Made by a program: the position numbers and the translations under genes
Shown here: one piece after another, positions 27,138 through 36,162 of the stretch
How positions within the stretch are numbered: position 1 is the stretch's first letter
Layout: each line of letters begins with the position of its first letter
DNA from: Myxococcota bacterium
Lineage (GTDB): Bacteria; Myxococcota_A; Polyangia; Nannocystales; Nannocystaceae
Assembly: GCA_039028615.1 (NCBI GenBank)
Contig: JBCCHT010000028.1
Coordinates: forward strand, 1 to 64,000
Length of the DNA stretch: 64,000 nucleotides
Direction: 5' to 3'
Notes under the pieces: generated by a model
Database searches by the model: none
What the model saw: the letters and a program-made list of their open reading frames with translations, nothing else
Told to the model about the DNA's origin: nothing

Positions 27138-28231
27138 GCTCGGACTCCGCTTTGGGCGATGGCCGCGGCCATACGTCGGGCCGCCTCCAGCATGCGAGGG
27201 CCCGGACGGCCGGAGAAGCGCTCGTCCAGCGGATAGACCCGGCGCGCACGCGCGGCCGACAGCGCCTCGAGACCCGCGCGCCCGCACAGGTTGTCGGGGT
27301 CGAGCTTGGACTCGTCCACGCCGCACCACGACAGGAAGCACAGCTCCGGGGCCGCGGCCACCAGCTGCTCGGCGTCGATCTGTACGCTGGCCCCCGGCTG
27401 CTGCCCGAACACGTTGAGGCCGCCCGCGAGGGTGATGAGCTCGTCGGCGTAGGAATCCCGACCGGGCGAGAACATCGGCCGCGGCCACCACTCGAGGTAG
27501 ATGCGGACGGGCTCGGCGGGGCGCGAGGCCTCGAGCCGTTGCAGCTGCCGTCGCATGTCGGCCACCACCCGCTCGGCGGCCTCGGGCACGCCCAGGCGCC
27601 GACCCACGCGAGTCAGGTCGCTCAGCACGTCGGCCACGCTGGCGGGCGCGAGCACGACCTGCGGGAGCCCACGCGCGCGCAGCTCGGTCACGATGCGCTC
27701 CATGCCGGGCACGGTCAGCGAGCTGAGCACGAGGTCGGGCTTCAGCGCGGCCACCTGCTCGAGGTCGGGACCGAGGTCGGGGCCCAGGCGCGGTAGCTCG
27801 GCCACCTGCGGCGGGTAGTCGCTCGAGTCCTCGCACGCGACCACGCGCTCGAACACCCCCAGCGCGTGCACCAGCTCGGCCACCGAGGGCGCCAGGGTCA
27901 CCAGTCGCTGGGGCACCGCATCGGGCACCGGGTCTCCGAGCGATTCCACATCGAAGGGTCCCGACGCGACGGACGTGCCCGCTTCATCGAAGAGCGCCAG
28001 CTCGCAGCAGCCACGCGCCGCCAGCCAGCAGCGCACCGCGTGCTCGAGATCCGGGTCCTCCAGCGCCACCGCGCAGGCCACCTGCCGCCGCAGCTGCAGC
28101 GTCGCGCGGCCGCGACGGCCATCGGAGAACCTCAGCTCGAAGGTCTCGTCATGGGCAGACGCGGCCCCCTCGGCGGGCACGAGGACCGCCTCGTGGAGGC
28201 GCGTTCGCCAGCGGTGCTCGGGCTTGCGCAT
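27134..28231 (-). CDS. BtuF-like (cobalamin/helical-backbone metal) binding protein with extra N-terminal domain
   Basis: QRLVTLAPSVAELVHALG, SDYPP, PDLEQVAALKPDLV, AGGLNVF, FSGRPGPRM. Confidence 0.8.
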   Translation of the reverse strand: MRKPEHRWRTRLHEAVLVPAEGAASAHDETFELRFSDGRRGRATLQLRRQVACAVALEDPDLEHAVRCWLAARGCCELALFDEAGTSVASGPFDVESLGDPVPDAVPQRLVTLAPSVAELVHALGVFERVVACEDSSDYPPQVAELPRLGPDLGPDLEQVAALKPDLVLSSLTVPGMERIVTELRARGLPQVVLAPASVADVLSDLTRVGRRLGVPEAAERVVADMRRQLQRLEASRPAEPVRIYLEWWPRPMFSPGRDSYADELITLAGGLNVFGQQPGASVQIDAEQLVAAAPELCFLSWCGVDESKLDPDNLCGRAGLEALSAARARRVYPLDERFSGRPGPRMLEAARRMAAAIAQSGVRA

Positions 28232-28235
28232 GACC

Positions 28236-30293
28236 TCAGGTGATGCGCTCGCCGGGCCGGCTGGTGCTCGGGTCGAGCAGCGGCATGGTCAGCCCTGGAT
28301 CGTCGTCGCCGGCCACGAGGATCATGCCTTCGCTGACCCCGAAGCGCATCTTCCGGGGCGCCAGGTTGGCGACCACCATCACGTGCTTGCCGATGAGCGA
28401 CTCGGCCTCGAAGCTCTTGGCGATGCCGCTGAAGATGTTGCGCTGGCCCAGCGGACCGAGGTCCACCGTGAACTGCAGCAGCTTCTTGCTGCCCTCGACC
28501 TTCTCGCAGGCGAGCACCTTGCCCACCCGCAGGTCGATGGGCGTGAACTGGTCGAAGCTGATCTCGCCTTCGAGCCCGGGCACCTCGTAGTCGGCCTCGG
28601 CCGCTTCGGCTTCGTCTTCGGATCCACCCATGGTCGCCTTGCTCGCCTCGATGATCGCCTCGATGGCCTCCGGCTTCACCGGCTCGGCCAAGGTCTCGTA
28701 CTGCGCCAGCTCGTGCCCCCCGGGGAGCGGGGTGCCGGCATTGTCGAAACTCAGGGGGGCAGGCAGCTTCAAGAAGCGCTCCACCTTCTCGGCCCACTGC
28801 GGCAGGACCGGCTTGAGCAGCGCGGCCACGACCTGAGTGGCGTAGATGCCCGCCGAGCAGATGGCCCGCGCCAGCTCCGGGTCGCTCTTGGCCTTCTTCC
28901 AGGGCTCGCCCTCGGTCAGATACAGGTTGAAGTCCTCGGCCGTCTCCATCGCCAGGCGCATGGCCTTGGCCGTCTCGAACTCGCGGAAGTGCCCCGCCGC
29001 CTCGGCCAGCCGCGCTTGGGCCTTGGCCACCAGCGGCGCCGCGTCCTCGCGCAGGTCGCCGACCGTGCCGCCCAGGCGCCCGCCGATGAACTTGACGCTG
29101 CGGCTGGCCAGGTTGGCCGCCTTCTTCACCAGGTCCGCGTTGACGCGATTGACGAAGTCCTCGAAGTTGAGATCGATGTCGTCCTGGGAAGACCCGAGCT
29201 TGGCCGCGAAGTAGTAGCGCAGGTAGTCGGCCGGCAGGTGGTCGAGGTAGGTGCGGGCGAGCACGAAGGTCCCGCGCGACTTGGACATCTTCTCGCCGTT
29301 GACGGTGAGCCAGCCGTGCACGTGCACGCGCGAGGGCGTGGTGTAGCCGGCCGCGTTGAGCATGGCGGGCCAGAACAGGCAGTGGAAGTAGACGATGTCC
29401 TTGCCGATGACGTGGACGATCTCGGTGTTGCTGCCGTCGTCGTGCCAGTAGGCGTCGAAGTCCTTGCCGTTGTCGGCGCACCACTTGTCGGTGGCTGCGA
29501 TGTAGCCGATGGGCGCGTCGAACCACACGTAGAAGTACTTGCCGGGGTGGCCGGGAATCTCGAACCCGAAGTAGGGCGAGTCGCGGCTGATGTCCCAGTC
29601 GCGCAGGCCCTCGTCGACCCAGTTCATCACGTAGTTGCGCACCGAGTCCTGCATCAGGGTGGTGCCGCCGTGGGCCGGCGACTTCAGCCACTTGCGCAGA
29701 AACTCTTCGTGGCGCCCCAGCGGGACGAACAGGTGCTCGGATTCCCGCAGAACGGGGGTGGTGCCGCAGATGGCACAGTGCGGCTCGATGAGCTCGGTCG
29801 GCTCGTAGGTCGACCCGCAGACTTCACAGTTGTCGCCGTACTGATCGGTGGCGCCGCACTTGGGGCACGTGCCCTTGACGAAGCGGTCCGGCAGGAACAT
29901 CTCGTCGTGCGGGCAGTACAGCTGCTCGACCGAGCGCGAGGTGACGTCCCCGCGCTCCTTCATCGTGTTGAAGATCTTGCCCGCGTGCTTGCGGTTCTCG
30001 TCCGAGTGCGTGGTGTAGAAGATGTCGTAGCCGATCTGGAACTCGTCGAAATCGGCGCGGTGCTCGTCGTAGGCGCGGGCGACCAGCTCCTCGGGCGTGA
30101 TGCCCTCGCGGCGGGCGCGGGTCTGGATGGGCGTGCCGTGGGTATCGTCGGCCCACATGAAGATGCAGTCCTCGCCCGCCTGCTTGCGCGCGCGGACGTG
30201 GATGTCGGTCTGGATGAACTCCAGCAGGTGACCGAGATGGATGGAGCCGTTGGCGTACGGCAGAGCGGCGGTGACCAGAACCCGCTTGGACAT
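28236..30293 (-). CDS. metG: methionine--tRNA ligase
   Basis: ALPYANGSIHLGH, Zn-knuckle CxxC pairs, WDISRD, YVWFDAPIGY, KMSKS, C-terminal tRNA-binding OB domain. Confidence 0.98.
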   Translation of the reverse strand: MSKRVLVTAALPYANGSIHLGHLLEFIQTDIHVRARKQAGEDCIFMWADDTHGTPIQTRARREGITPEELVARAYDEHRADFDEFQIGYDIFYTTHSDENRKHAGKIFNTMKERGDVTSRSVEQLYCPHDEMFLPDRFVKGTCPKCGATDQYGDNCEVCGSTYEPTELIEPHCAICGTTPVLRESEHLFVPLGRHEEFLRKWLKSPAHGGTTLMQDSVRNYVMNWVDEGLRDWDISRDSPYFGFEIPGHPGKYFYVWFDAPIGYIAATDKWCADNGKDFDAYWHDDGSNTEIVHVIGKDIVYFHCLFWPAMLNAAGYTTPSRVHVHGWLTVNGEKMSKSRGTFVLARTYLDHLPADYLRYYFAAKLGSSQDDIDLNFEDFVNRVNADLVKKAANLASRSVKFIGGRLGGTVGDLREDAAPLVAKAQARLAEAAGHFREFETAKAMRLAMETAEDFNLYLTEGEPWKKAKSDPELARAICSAGIYATQVVAALLKPVLPQWAEKVERFLKLPAPLSFDNAGTPLPGGHELAQYETLAEPVKPEAIEAIIEASKATMGGSEDEAEAAEADYEVPGLEGEISFDQFTPIDLRVGKVLACEKVEGSKKLLQFTVDLGPLGQRNIFSGIAKSFEAESLIGKHVMVVANLAPRKMRFGVSEGMILVAGDDDPGLTMPLLDPSTSRPGERIT

Positions 30294-30338
30294 GGCCGAG
30301 CGCTTGTAGCACGCCCGGTGGCCCGCGGCGCCCGGCCG

Positions 30339-31202
30339 CTACCGGGAGCCGTCTTTGAGGTCTTTGAGCTGATCGGAGCCCATGGCGATCGTCCGCCGTG
30401 GCCCCGAATCCGCACGCGGGGTGGCCTGCACGACCCCCTGCTGCGCCGGCCAATGTCCCGAGGACTCGGCGCCGTGGCCCGGCACGGGCTGCCCGGGGGT
30501 GGACTGCGCCGCCGGGTGCGGGTGCATGCCCGGCTGCGGCACTGCCTGCTGCTGCGGCACTGCCTGCTGCTGCACTGCGTGTTGCGGCACCGCCTGCTGC
30601 GGCACACCTTGCTGCGGCACCGATTGGGCCGCCATCGGCTGACCCGGCACCATCACGTGCCGCGGCCCGGACTCGCTCGCTGGCGAGGTGACCTTGCGCC
30701 AGGGACCGGAGTCTTCGAGGCTCATGTTGCCGAGCGCGACCTGCTCGAGGTTTCGCACCAGCGCCTCGGCCGTCTGGCAGCGCTGCTCCAGCGAGCCGAC
30801 CATCTCGTCGACCTGCCCGGCCAGGCCATGCACGACCTCGGGCAGCAGATCGACAGCCCGGTAGCGAAGCCGCCGCGGCGCCTGCAAAAGCGGCGTGACC
30901 TCGCCCGGGTTGTGGTTGGCCATGGACAGCTTGGACTCGAGCACCTTCACCGACTTGATGGCCAGGTGGTACTCGCGACCCGTCCGCATGTAGCCGACGT
31001 AGCTGAGCTCGATGACCCGCTTGCCGCTGTGGTCGGACGAGGTGAACTCGTCGATCGGCCGCGGGTGCACGTAGTCGAGCCCGATCATCAGCTTGGACAG
31101 GAGCTGATCGATCCGCTCGATGAGGTGGTTGAGTTGGTCGGAGCCAGCGTTGAGCCGGCGGGCGGAGCCGCCGAGTCGGATGAGCTCTTGCGTGATGGCC
31201 AT
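30339..31202 (-). CDS. hypothetical protein with Q/P-rich C-terminal repeats
   Basis: MAITQELIRLGG...; globular N-domain then (A/G)VPQQ repeats. Confidence 0.7.
   Translation of the reverse strand: MAITQELIRLGGSARRLNAGSDQLNHLIERIDQLLSKLMIGLDYVHPRPIDEFTSSDHSGKRVIELSYVGYMRTGREYHLAIKSVKVLESKLSMANHNPGEVTPLLQAPRRLRYRAVDLLPEVVHGLAGQVDEMVGSLEQRCQTAEALVRNLEQVALGNMSLEDSGPWRKVTSPASESGPRHVMVPGQPMAAQSVPQQGVPQQAVPQHAVQQQAVPQQQAVPQPGMHPHPAAQSTPGQPVPGHGAESSGHWPAQQGVVQATPRADSGPRRTIAMGSDQLKDLKDGSR
30533..30626 (-). repeat. coding tandem repeat of 15-18 nt units encoding VPQQ(Q)A
   Basis: Repeated TGCGGCAC(T/C)GCCTGCTGC-like units on + strand. Confidence 0.8.
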
Positions 31203-31353
31203 GCGTGCGAACCTTCCGGTGTTGCCGGGGGGGCTCGCACTTCCGTGGCCCGTCAAGGCCGGGCCGGTATCGACCCGCACGCCCTCCCCGCGTCGCGAAG
31301 CCAGCGTACGGGACCGGTCCGGCCCTGTAAAACCCAAAAGCCGCTACGCGCGC

Positions 31354-32865
31354 CTACTCCCAGGAGATGCCCTGGGCCAGCGGCAGGTCCTTGGACCCAT
31401 TGACCGTGCAGGTCTGCCGCCGCATGTAGGCCTTCCACGCATCGCTGCCCGACTCGCGACCGCCTCCGGTGGCCTTCTCGCCGCCGAACGCTCCGCCGAT
31501 CTCGGCGCCGCTGGTGCCGAGATTGACGTTCGCGATGCCGCAGTCGCTGCCGGCCGGGCTCCAGAACTGCTCGGTCGCGCGCACGCTGTCGGTGAAGATC
31601 GCGCTGGAGAGGCCCTGCTCGACCTGGTTCTGGATGTCGATGGCGGCGCCGAGGTCCCCGTCGGGGAAGGTGCGCACGTACAGGATCGGCGCGAAGGTCT
31701 CCTCGTCCATCAGCGGGAAGCTGCCGGTCTTGGGCACCTTCACCACCGTGGGCTCGACGAAGTAGCCCTTGCGATCGAGCACCCGGCCGCCGACGAGAAT
31801 CTCGCCGCCGTCCGCCTTCACCCGCTCGATGGCGGAGGCGTACTGGTCGCGCGCCTGCGCGTCGATGAGCGGTCCCACCAGGTTACCCGCGTCGCGCTGG
31901 TCGCCGATGCGCTCTGCCAGCTGCTGGTAGGCGCTGACGACCTTGCGGGTCAGCTCCTCCGCGACGGACTCGGCGACGAGCAAGCGGCGGGTGGTGGTGC
32001 AGCGCTGCCCAGCGGTGCCGGCCGCCCCGAAGGCGATGGCGCGCGCGGCGAGGTCGAGGTCGGCGGTCTGGTCGACGATGATCGCATTGTTGCCGCCGAG
32101 CTCGAGCAGGGTGCGACCCAGGCGAGCGGCGACGCGCGGGGAGACCTTGCGGCCCATCGCGCACGAGCCGGTGGCGCTCACGAGCGGCACGCGGGGGTCG
32201 TCGACCAGCGCCTGCGAGACCTCGAGGTCGTCGCCGAAGGCCAGCTGCAGCACGTTGCCGTGGCCGGCTTCCTCGAGGATGGGCTGGAGCAGCGCGTGGG
32301 TGGCCAGCGCCGTCAGCGGGGTCTTGAGGCTGGGCTTCCAGACCACCGGGTCGCCGCACACCAGGGCGAGCGCCGCGTTCCAGGCCCACACCGCCACCGG
32401 GAAGTTGAAGGCGGTGATGCACAGCACGGTGCCGAGCGGCTGCCACTGCTCGAACATGCGGTGACCGGGGCGCTCGGACATCAGGGTGCGGCCGCCCAGG
32501 CTCCGCGACAGGCCGGTCGCGAAGTCGCAGATGTCGATCATCTCCTGCACCTCGCCGCGGGACTCTTCGATGCCCTTGCCCATCTCGGCGCAGACCAGGC
32601 GCGACAGCGACTCTTTGTGCTCGCGCAGGCGCTCGCCGATCTGGCGGACCAGCTCGCCGCGGACGGGGCCGGGCACCATTCGGAAGCTCGCGAACGCCTC
32701 GTGGGCGGCGGCCAGCTTGGCCATGGCGGACTCACGATCGTCCTGGGCCACGGTCGCGATGATCTCACCGGTGCTCGGGTCCTCGACCTCCAGCCCGTCC
32801 TTGACGTCGGCCGGTGCGGTCAGGCCCATCGCCTCGAAGATTTCCACGATTTCGGTACTCGGCAT
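31354..32865 (-). CDS. aldehyde dehydrogenase, ALDH7/piperideine-6-carboxylate dehydrogenase-like
   Basis: GEVQEMIDICDFA, SERPGH, ITAFNFP, LLELGGNN, GQRCTT, SGAEIGGAFGGEK, GSDAWKAY, LPLAQGI. Confidence 0.93.
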   Translation of the reverse strand: MPSTEIVEIFEAMGLTAPADVKDGLEVEDPSTGEIIATVAQDDRESAMAKLAAAHEAFASFRMVPGPVRGELVRQIGERLREHKESLSRLVCAEMGKGIEESRGEVQEMIDICDFATGLSRSLGGRTLMSERPGHRMFEQWQPLGTVLCITAFNFPVAVWAWNAALALVCGDPVVWKPSLKTPLTALATHALLQPILEEAGHGNVLQLAFGDDLEVSQALVDDPRVPLVSATGSCAMGRKVSPRVAARLGRTLLELGGNNAIIVDQTADLDLAARAIAFGAAGTAGQRCTTTRRLLVAESVAEELTRKVVSAYQQLAERIGDQRDAGNLVGPLIDAQARDQYASAIERVKADGGEILVGGRVLDRKGYFVEPTVVKVPKTGSFPLMDEETFAPILYVRTFPDGDLGAAIDIQNQVEQGLSSAIFTDSVRATEQFWSPAGSDCGIANVNLGTSGAEIGGAFGGEKATGGGRESGSDAWKAYMRRQTCTVNGSKDLPLAQGISWE

Positions 32866-33018
32866 GGCGCGCCCGGTATAGCAGCGCGCACCCTTTCCGC
32901 GTGCCCGCAGCCACGTGAGCTAGGCGGGCTCCCCTCCCCTCTAAGCGCGGTCCTGAAGCAATCGGGGCACACCGGAACGTGGGTAACCGCGCGGGCGCGT
33001 TCGCGTACTGGAGAGGGC

Positions 33019-33489
33019 ATGCCGCGCACTCGCATTGCCCTGGTCTTCGTTCTCGGATTGTCGAGCGTCTCCGCCTGCGCCGATCGCAACGAGGCGGACG
33101 CCATCCGCGACCAGCTCGAAGACGACGACTACCGCAACACCTATGCACGCGCGCCGGGTTGGTCGATGCCGCGACAACCCGCCGAGGGCGGCCCGCATGG
33201 GGCCTTCATCGACATCTACGTCAACGACGTGGTCGAAGACGCGATCGCCTCGGGCGAGGCGCTCGACGCGTGGCCCGAGGGCTCGCTGATCGTCAAGGAC
33301 GGCTGGAGCGCGGCCGAGGGCGGCGACTACGAGTTCCTCGCGTTCATGGAGCGTCGCGAATCGGGCTGGTTTTGGGGGGAGTACCGCGGCAACGGACGCA
33401 TCGTGGCCAGCGGACTCGACGACCGGCGCTGCGCCAACTGCCACGCTGCGGGCCAGGACCAGGTGCGCGCGTTCGACCTACCCCGCTGA
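33019..33489 (+). CDS. cytochrome P460-family lipoprotein
   Basis: Lipobox VSAC; WPEGSLIVKD, GWFWGEY, C-terminal CANCH haem motif. Confidence 0.75.
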   Translation: MPRTRIALVFVLGLSSVSACADRNEADAIRDQLEDDDYRNTYARAPGWSMPRQPAEGGPHGAFIDIYVNDVVEDAIASGEALDAWPEGSLIVKDGWSAAEGGDYEFLAFMERRESGWFWGEYRGNGRIVASGLDDRRCANCHAAGQDQVRAFDLPR

Positions 33490-34257
33490 GCGGTGCTCTC
33501 GGAACATGCGTAGCGCGTGCTGGCCCGCCGGGCGACGGCGAGCCGCCTCGACCACTTCGGACGCGTTGGGGCGGAGCCCGTCGAGCGCGGGCAGGTGCGC
33601 GCTGTAGCCCTCGGCGTGCTGCACCAGCACCAGCGGCGCGGCCATGCACGCGAAGGTCAGGTCGGCCGCCGTGAAGCGGTCGCCCACCAGGTAGCCCGTG
33701 TCGGCGATGGCCGCCTCGACCTCACCGAAGATGGCGTCCACCTGGGCCCGGCTCCGTTCGAAGCCAGCCTCGTCGATCTTCAGGCGGCGGCGGAGCCTCC
33801 CGGCCGCCATTGGGTACAGCCGCTTGAACAACCACGCCTGCGCCCGCCCGACGTTGGTATCGGCCATGTCTTGCAGCAGCGACGGGTCTTGCAGCGCGAA
33901 GTAGTACGCCATGCGCCGCGTGTGGGGACCGAGTTTGTCGTGCAGCCGCTGCTCCCAGGCATCGACATCGGGCTCGCCCCGCAGCTGCACGCCGGCCTCG
34001 CACGCGAAGTCCACGATGGCCCCCGAGTCACGAAGCCAGCGACCGTCGGGGAGCCGTAGCGCCGGGGTCGACCACACGCTCGACACGCGATCGGCCTCGC
34101 CGCGCTGCCACCGGGTCGACATCATCACCCCGAGCTGGCTGAAGCCGGGCATGAAGGCGCGCTCGGTGAAGGGAATGCCCGCGAGATCGAGCGCCCATCG
34201 GGCGCGCTCGTTGTAGTGCGAGAACGCCAACGTGACGAGGTGATGCGTCCGTTCCAC
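33478..34257 (-). CDS. glutathione S-transferase
   Basis: SHYNERARWALD, TPAL..DSGAI, YLVGDRFTAADLTFA; GTG start inferred. Confidence 0.85.
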   Translation of the reverse strand: MERTHHLVTLAFSHYNERARWALDLAGIPFTERAFMPGFSQLGVMMSTRWQRGEADRVSSVWSTPALRLPDGRWLRDSGAIVDFACEAGVQLRGEPDVDAWEQRLHDKLGPHTRRMAYYFALQDPSLLQDMADTNVGRAQAWLFKRLYPMAAGRLRRRLKIDEAGFERSRAQVDAIFGEVEAAIADTGYLVGDRFTAADLTFACMAAPLVLVQHAEGYSAHLPALDGLRPNASEVVEAARRRPAGQHALRMFREHRSAG

Positions 34258-34273
34258 GGTGATATATTTTTTA

Positions 34274-34299
34274 TACTTAAGAATCTCGAAGCGCAAGTA
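34274..34299. promoter_or_regulatory. AT-rich divergent control region with TACTT-N16-AAGTA inverted repeat
   Basis: 66-bp AT-rich spacer between GST and HxlR genes. Confidence 0.5.
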
Positions 34300-34323
34300 C
34301 TCTCGCCCGGCGGGACCGCCCCC

Positions 34324-34983
34324 ATGCCCTATCGCCACTTCTGCATCGCCGCCCGAGCCCTCGAAGTCGTGGGCGATCGCTGGACCTTGCTCGTGGTGCG
34401 CGACCTGCTGTCCGGGCCCAAGCGCTTCAACGAGCTGCGCCGCTTGCTGTCCCAGGTCACCCCGCGGCAGCTGTCGCTGCGACTGCGCAGCATGGAAGCC
34501 GATGGTTTGGTCGAGCACCGCGAGGTACCGGACTCGAACGATTGGCACTACGCCCTGACCGACAGCGGCCGCGCATTGGCGCCCGTCGTGCACGCCCTCG
34601 CAGCCTGGGGGGCCGAACATGCGATGCGTCCCCCCGCCGAGGGCGAGCCGGTGCACCCCGAGCACCTGGTCAACGGCGCGGTGGCGCTGCTGACGACGCG
34701 ACGGGTTCGGCCGCCCCGAGCCACCCGCTGGAGCTTCGCGTTTCCCGACGGCGCGCGGACGGTCGAGTGGACGGGGCACCGGTGGCAGCTCGGCACCACC
34801 GACGAGGGCGCGCGGGTGACCGTGAGTGCAGAGCCTCGCGACCTCGCGCTCGCGATCGCGGAGCCGAGTCGGCTGCCCACGCTGCTGGGCACACGAATCA
34901 CCGTCGACGGCGACCCGGCCGAGATTGCCCTGATGATGAGCGTCGTGGTGCCGATGGACCACGAAAAAGAGCCGAAGAGGTGA
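34324..34983 (+). CDS. HxlR/DUF24 family transcriptional regulator with C-terminal SCP2-like domain
   Basis: C.AARALEVVGDRWTLLVVRDLL.GPKRFNEL, YALTDSG. Confidence 0.9.
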   Translation: MPYRHFCIAARALEVVGDRWTLLVVRDLLSGPKRFNELRRLLSQVTPRQLSLRLRSMEADGLVEHREVPDSNDWHYALTDSGRALAPVVHALAAWGAEHAMRPPAEGEPVHPEHLVNGAVALLTTRRVRPPRATRWSFAFPDGARTVEWTGHRWQLGTTDEGARVTVSAEPRDLALAIAEPSRLPTLLGTRITVDGDPAEIALMMSVVVPMDHEKEPKR

Positions 34984-35015
34984 AAGAAATCCGCGCTGGG
35001 GGTCATTCAGGAGAC

Positions 35016-35432
35016 GTGCTCCGCCTCCTCGCTCCCCTCGTCGTGTCCCTGCTCGCGGTCGGATGCGCAAGCAGCCCGACTCCCATCCCGCCGTCGGCCC
35101 CGGTCACGCTCCCGGACGGCACCACGCCGACCGACGATCCGAAGTCGGCCGAGCTCGACGGTCAGACCATCACCCTCGGCTTTTCGCACGGGGGCGGCTG
35201 CGGGGGCCATCAGTACGAGATCGGCAAGCGGCTCGCCGACGACGGCGCGGTCGAGCTGTGGCTGGTCCACTACGATCTCGACGGGGATAGCTGCGACGCC
35301 ATGCTGTGGAAGGACGTGACCACCGAGCTCCCCGACGACTGGGCGGAACGAGAGATTCGCGTGCTCCGTCTCGCGGGTACGCCCCGAGTGATTCGCACCG
35401 CCGACGGCACCGACCTGCCGTTCCACGACTAG
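35016..35432 (+). CDS. small hypothetical lipoprotein
   Basis: SD AGGAG; lipobox AVGC; HGGGC..H..D.CDA motif. Confidence 0.65.
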   Translation: MLRLLAPLVVSLLAVGCASSPTPIPPSAPVTLPDGTTPTDDPKSAELDGQTITLGFSHGGGCGGHQYEIGKRLADDGAVELWLVHYDLDGDSCDAMLWKDVTTELPDDWAEREIRVLRLAGTPRVIRTADGTDLPFHD

Positions 35433-35505
35433 GGGCGCCCGACGGCCCACCGATGGCTTGAAAACCTACCGCCGGGCGCTTATGCGTGAGGACGCGAGCC
35501 GCTCC

Positions 35506-36162
35506 ATGAGCGCGTCCTCCTCATCCGACCCCGCCGGGCCCCCGGCCACCAACGACGAGCCCGCCGCTCGCGCCCGGGTGCTGGACAACATCGGTGCGCT
35601 CGGCAGCGTCATCGCCCTCCTCGGCGTCATCGGGTTGCTCGCGATGCAGATGGGCATGGCGCAGGACCACCCGTGGCTGGTGGTGGCGGTCCCCGTCCTT
35701 TACGTGGGCGGCGTCTTGCTGACCGTCGTGCGCCGTACCGGTCGAGCCCGAGTCTCCGTGCTCAACGTCGTACCGCTATTCGTGATCTACGCGATCCTCG
35801 GGTTCTGGGACCTACTGAGCATCGGGCTGGTGATGGCCTTCGTGGTGGTGGAGATGATCCTCGGTCCATTGCTCGGCATGGCGACGATCGTGGCCGTGAT
35901 GATGCTGGGCATCTTCGTCATCGAGACGGTGCTCGGCATCCCGCTCGACGGGATCAGCGGACCGGAGTCGTGGGGTCAGGCGGGCATCTTCGTCGCGGTG
36001 CTCGTCGTCGGCGTCGTCGTGCTGCGCTGGCGCTTCGGCCGAGACGAGGGCGAGGACCCGATCATGGACGCGTACGCCCGCACCCACGCCCGCATCCTGG
36101 GCCTGCTGCACCTGGCCATCCTGGCGTGTGGAGGGCCCTCGCCGGACCACGAAGAGCCTTAG
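35506..36162 (+). CDS. hypothetical polytopic membrane protein
   Basis: About 5 hydrophobic helices; start uncertain (35482 or 35506). Confidence 0.6.
   Translation: MSASSSSDPAGPPATNDEPAARARVLDNIGALGSVIALLGVIGLLAMQMGMAQDHPWLVVAVPVLYVGGVLLTVVRRTGRARVSVLNVVPLFVIYAILGFWDLLSIGLVMAFVVVEMILGPLLGMATIVAVMMLGIFVIETVLGIPLDGISGPESWGQAGIFVAVLVVGVVVLRWRFGRDEGEDPIMDAYARTHARILGLLHLAILACGGPSPDHEEP

Noticed and set aside
30294..30338. SAM/T-box/cobalamin riboswitch upstream of metG-btuF
   Set aside because: The gap is only 45 bp, with no recognisable riboswitch motifs
27975..31403. 1142-aa + strand ORF, and many similar long overlapping ORFs (e.g. 639-2978, 17997-19937, 35673-37856, 48926-50839)
   Set aside because: Antisense or off-frame shadows of real genes; stop codons are scarce at high GC; translations lack motifs and are R/A/G/P-rich or mirror the sense codon bias
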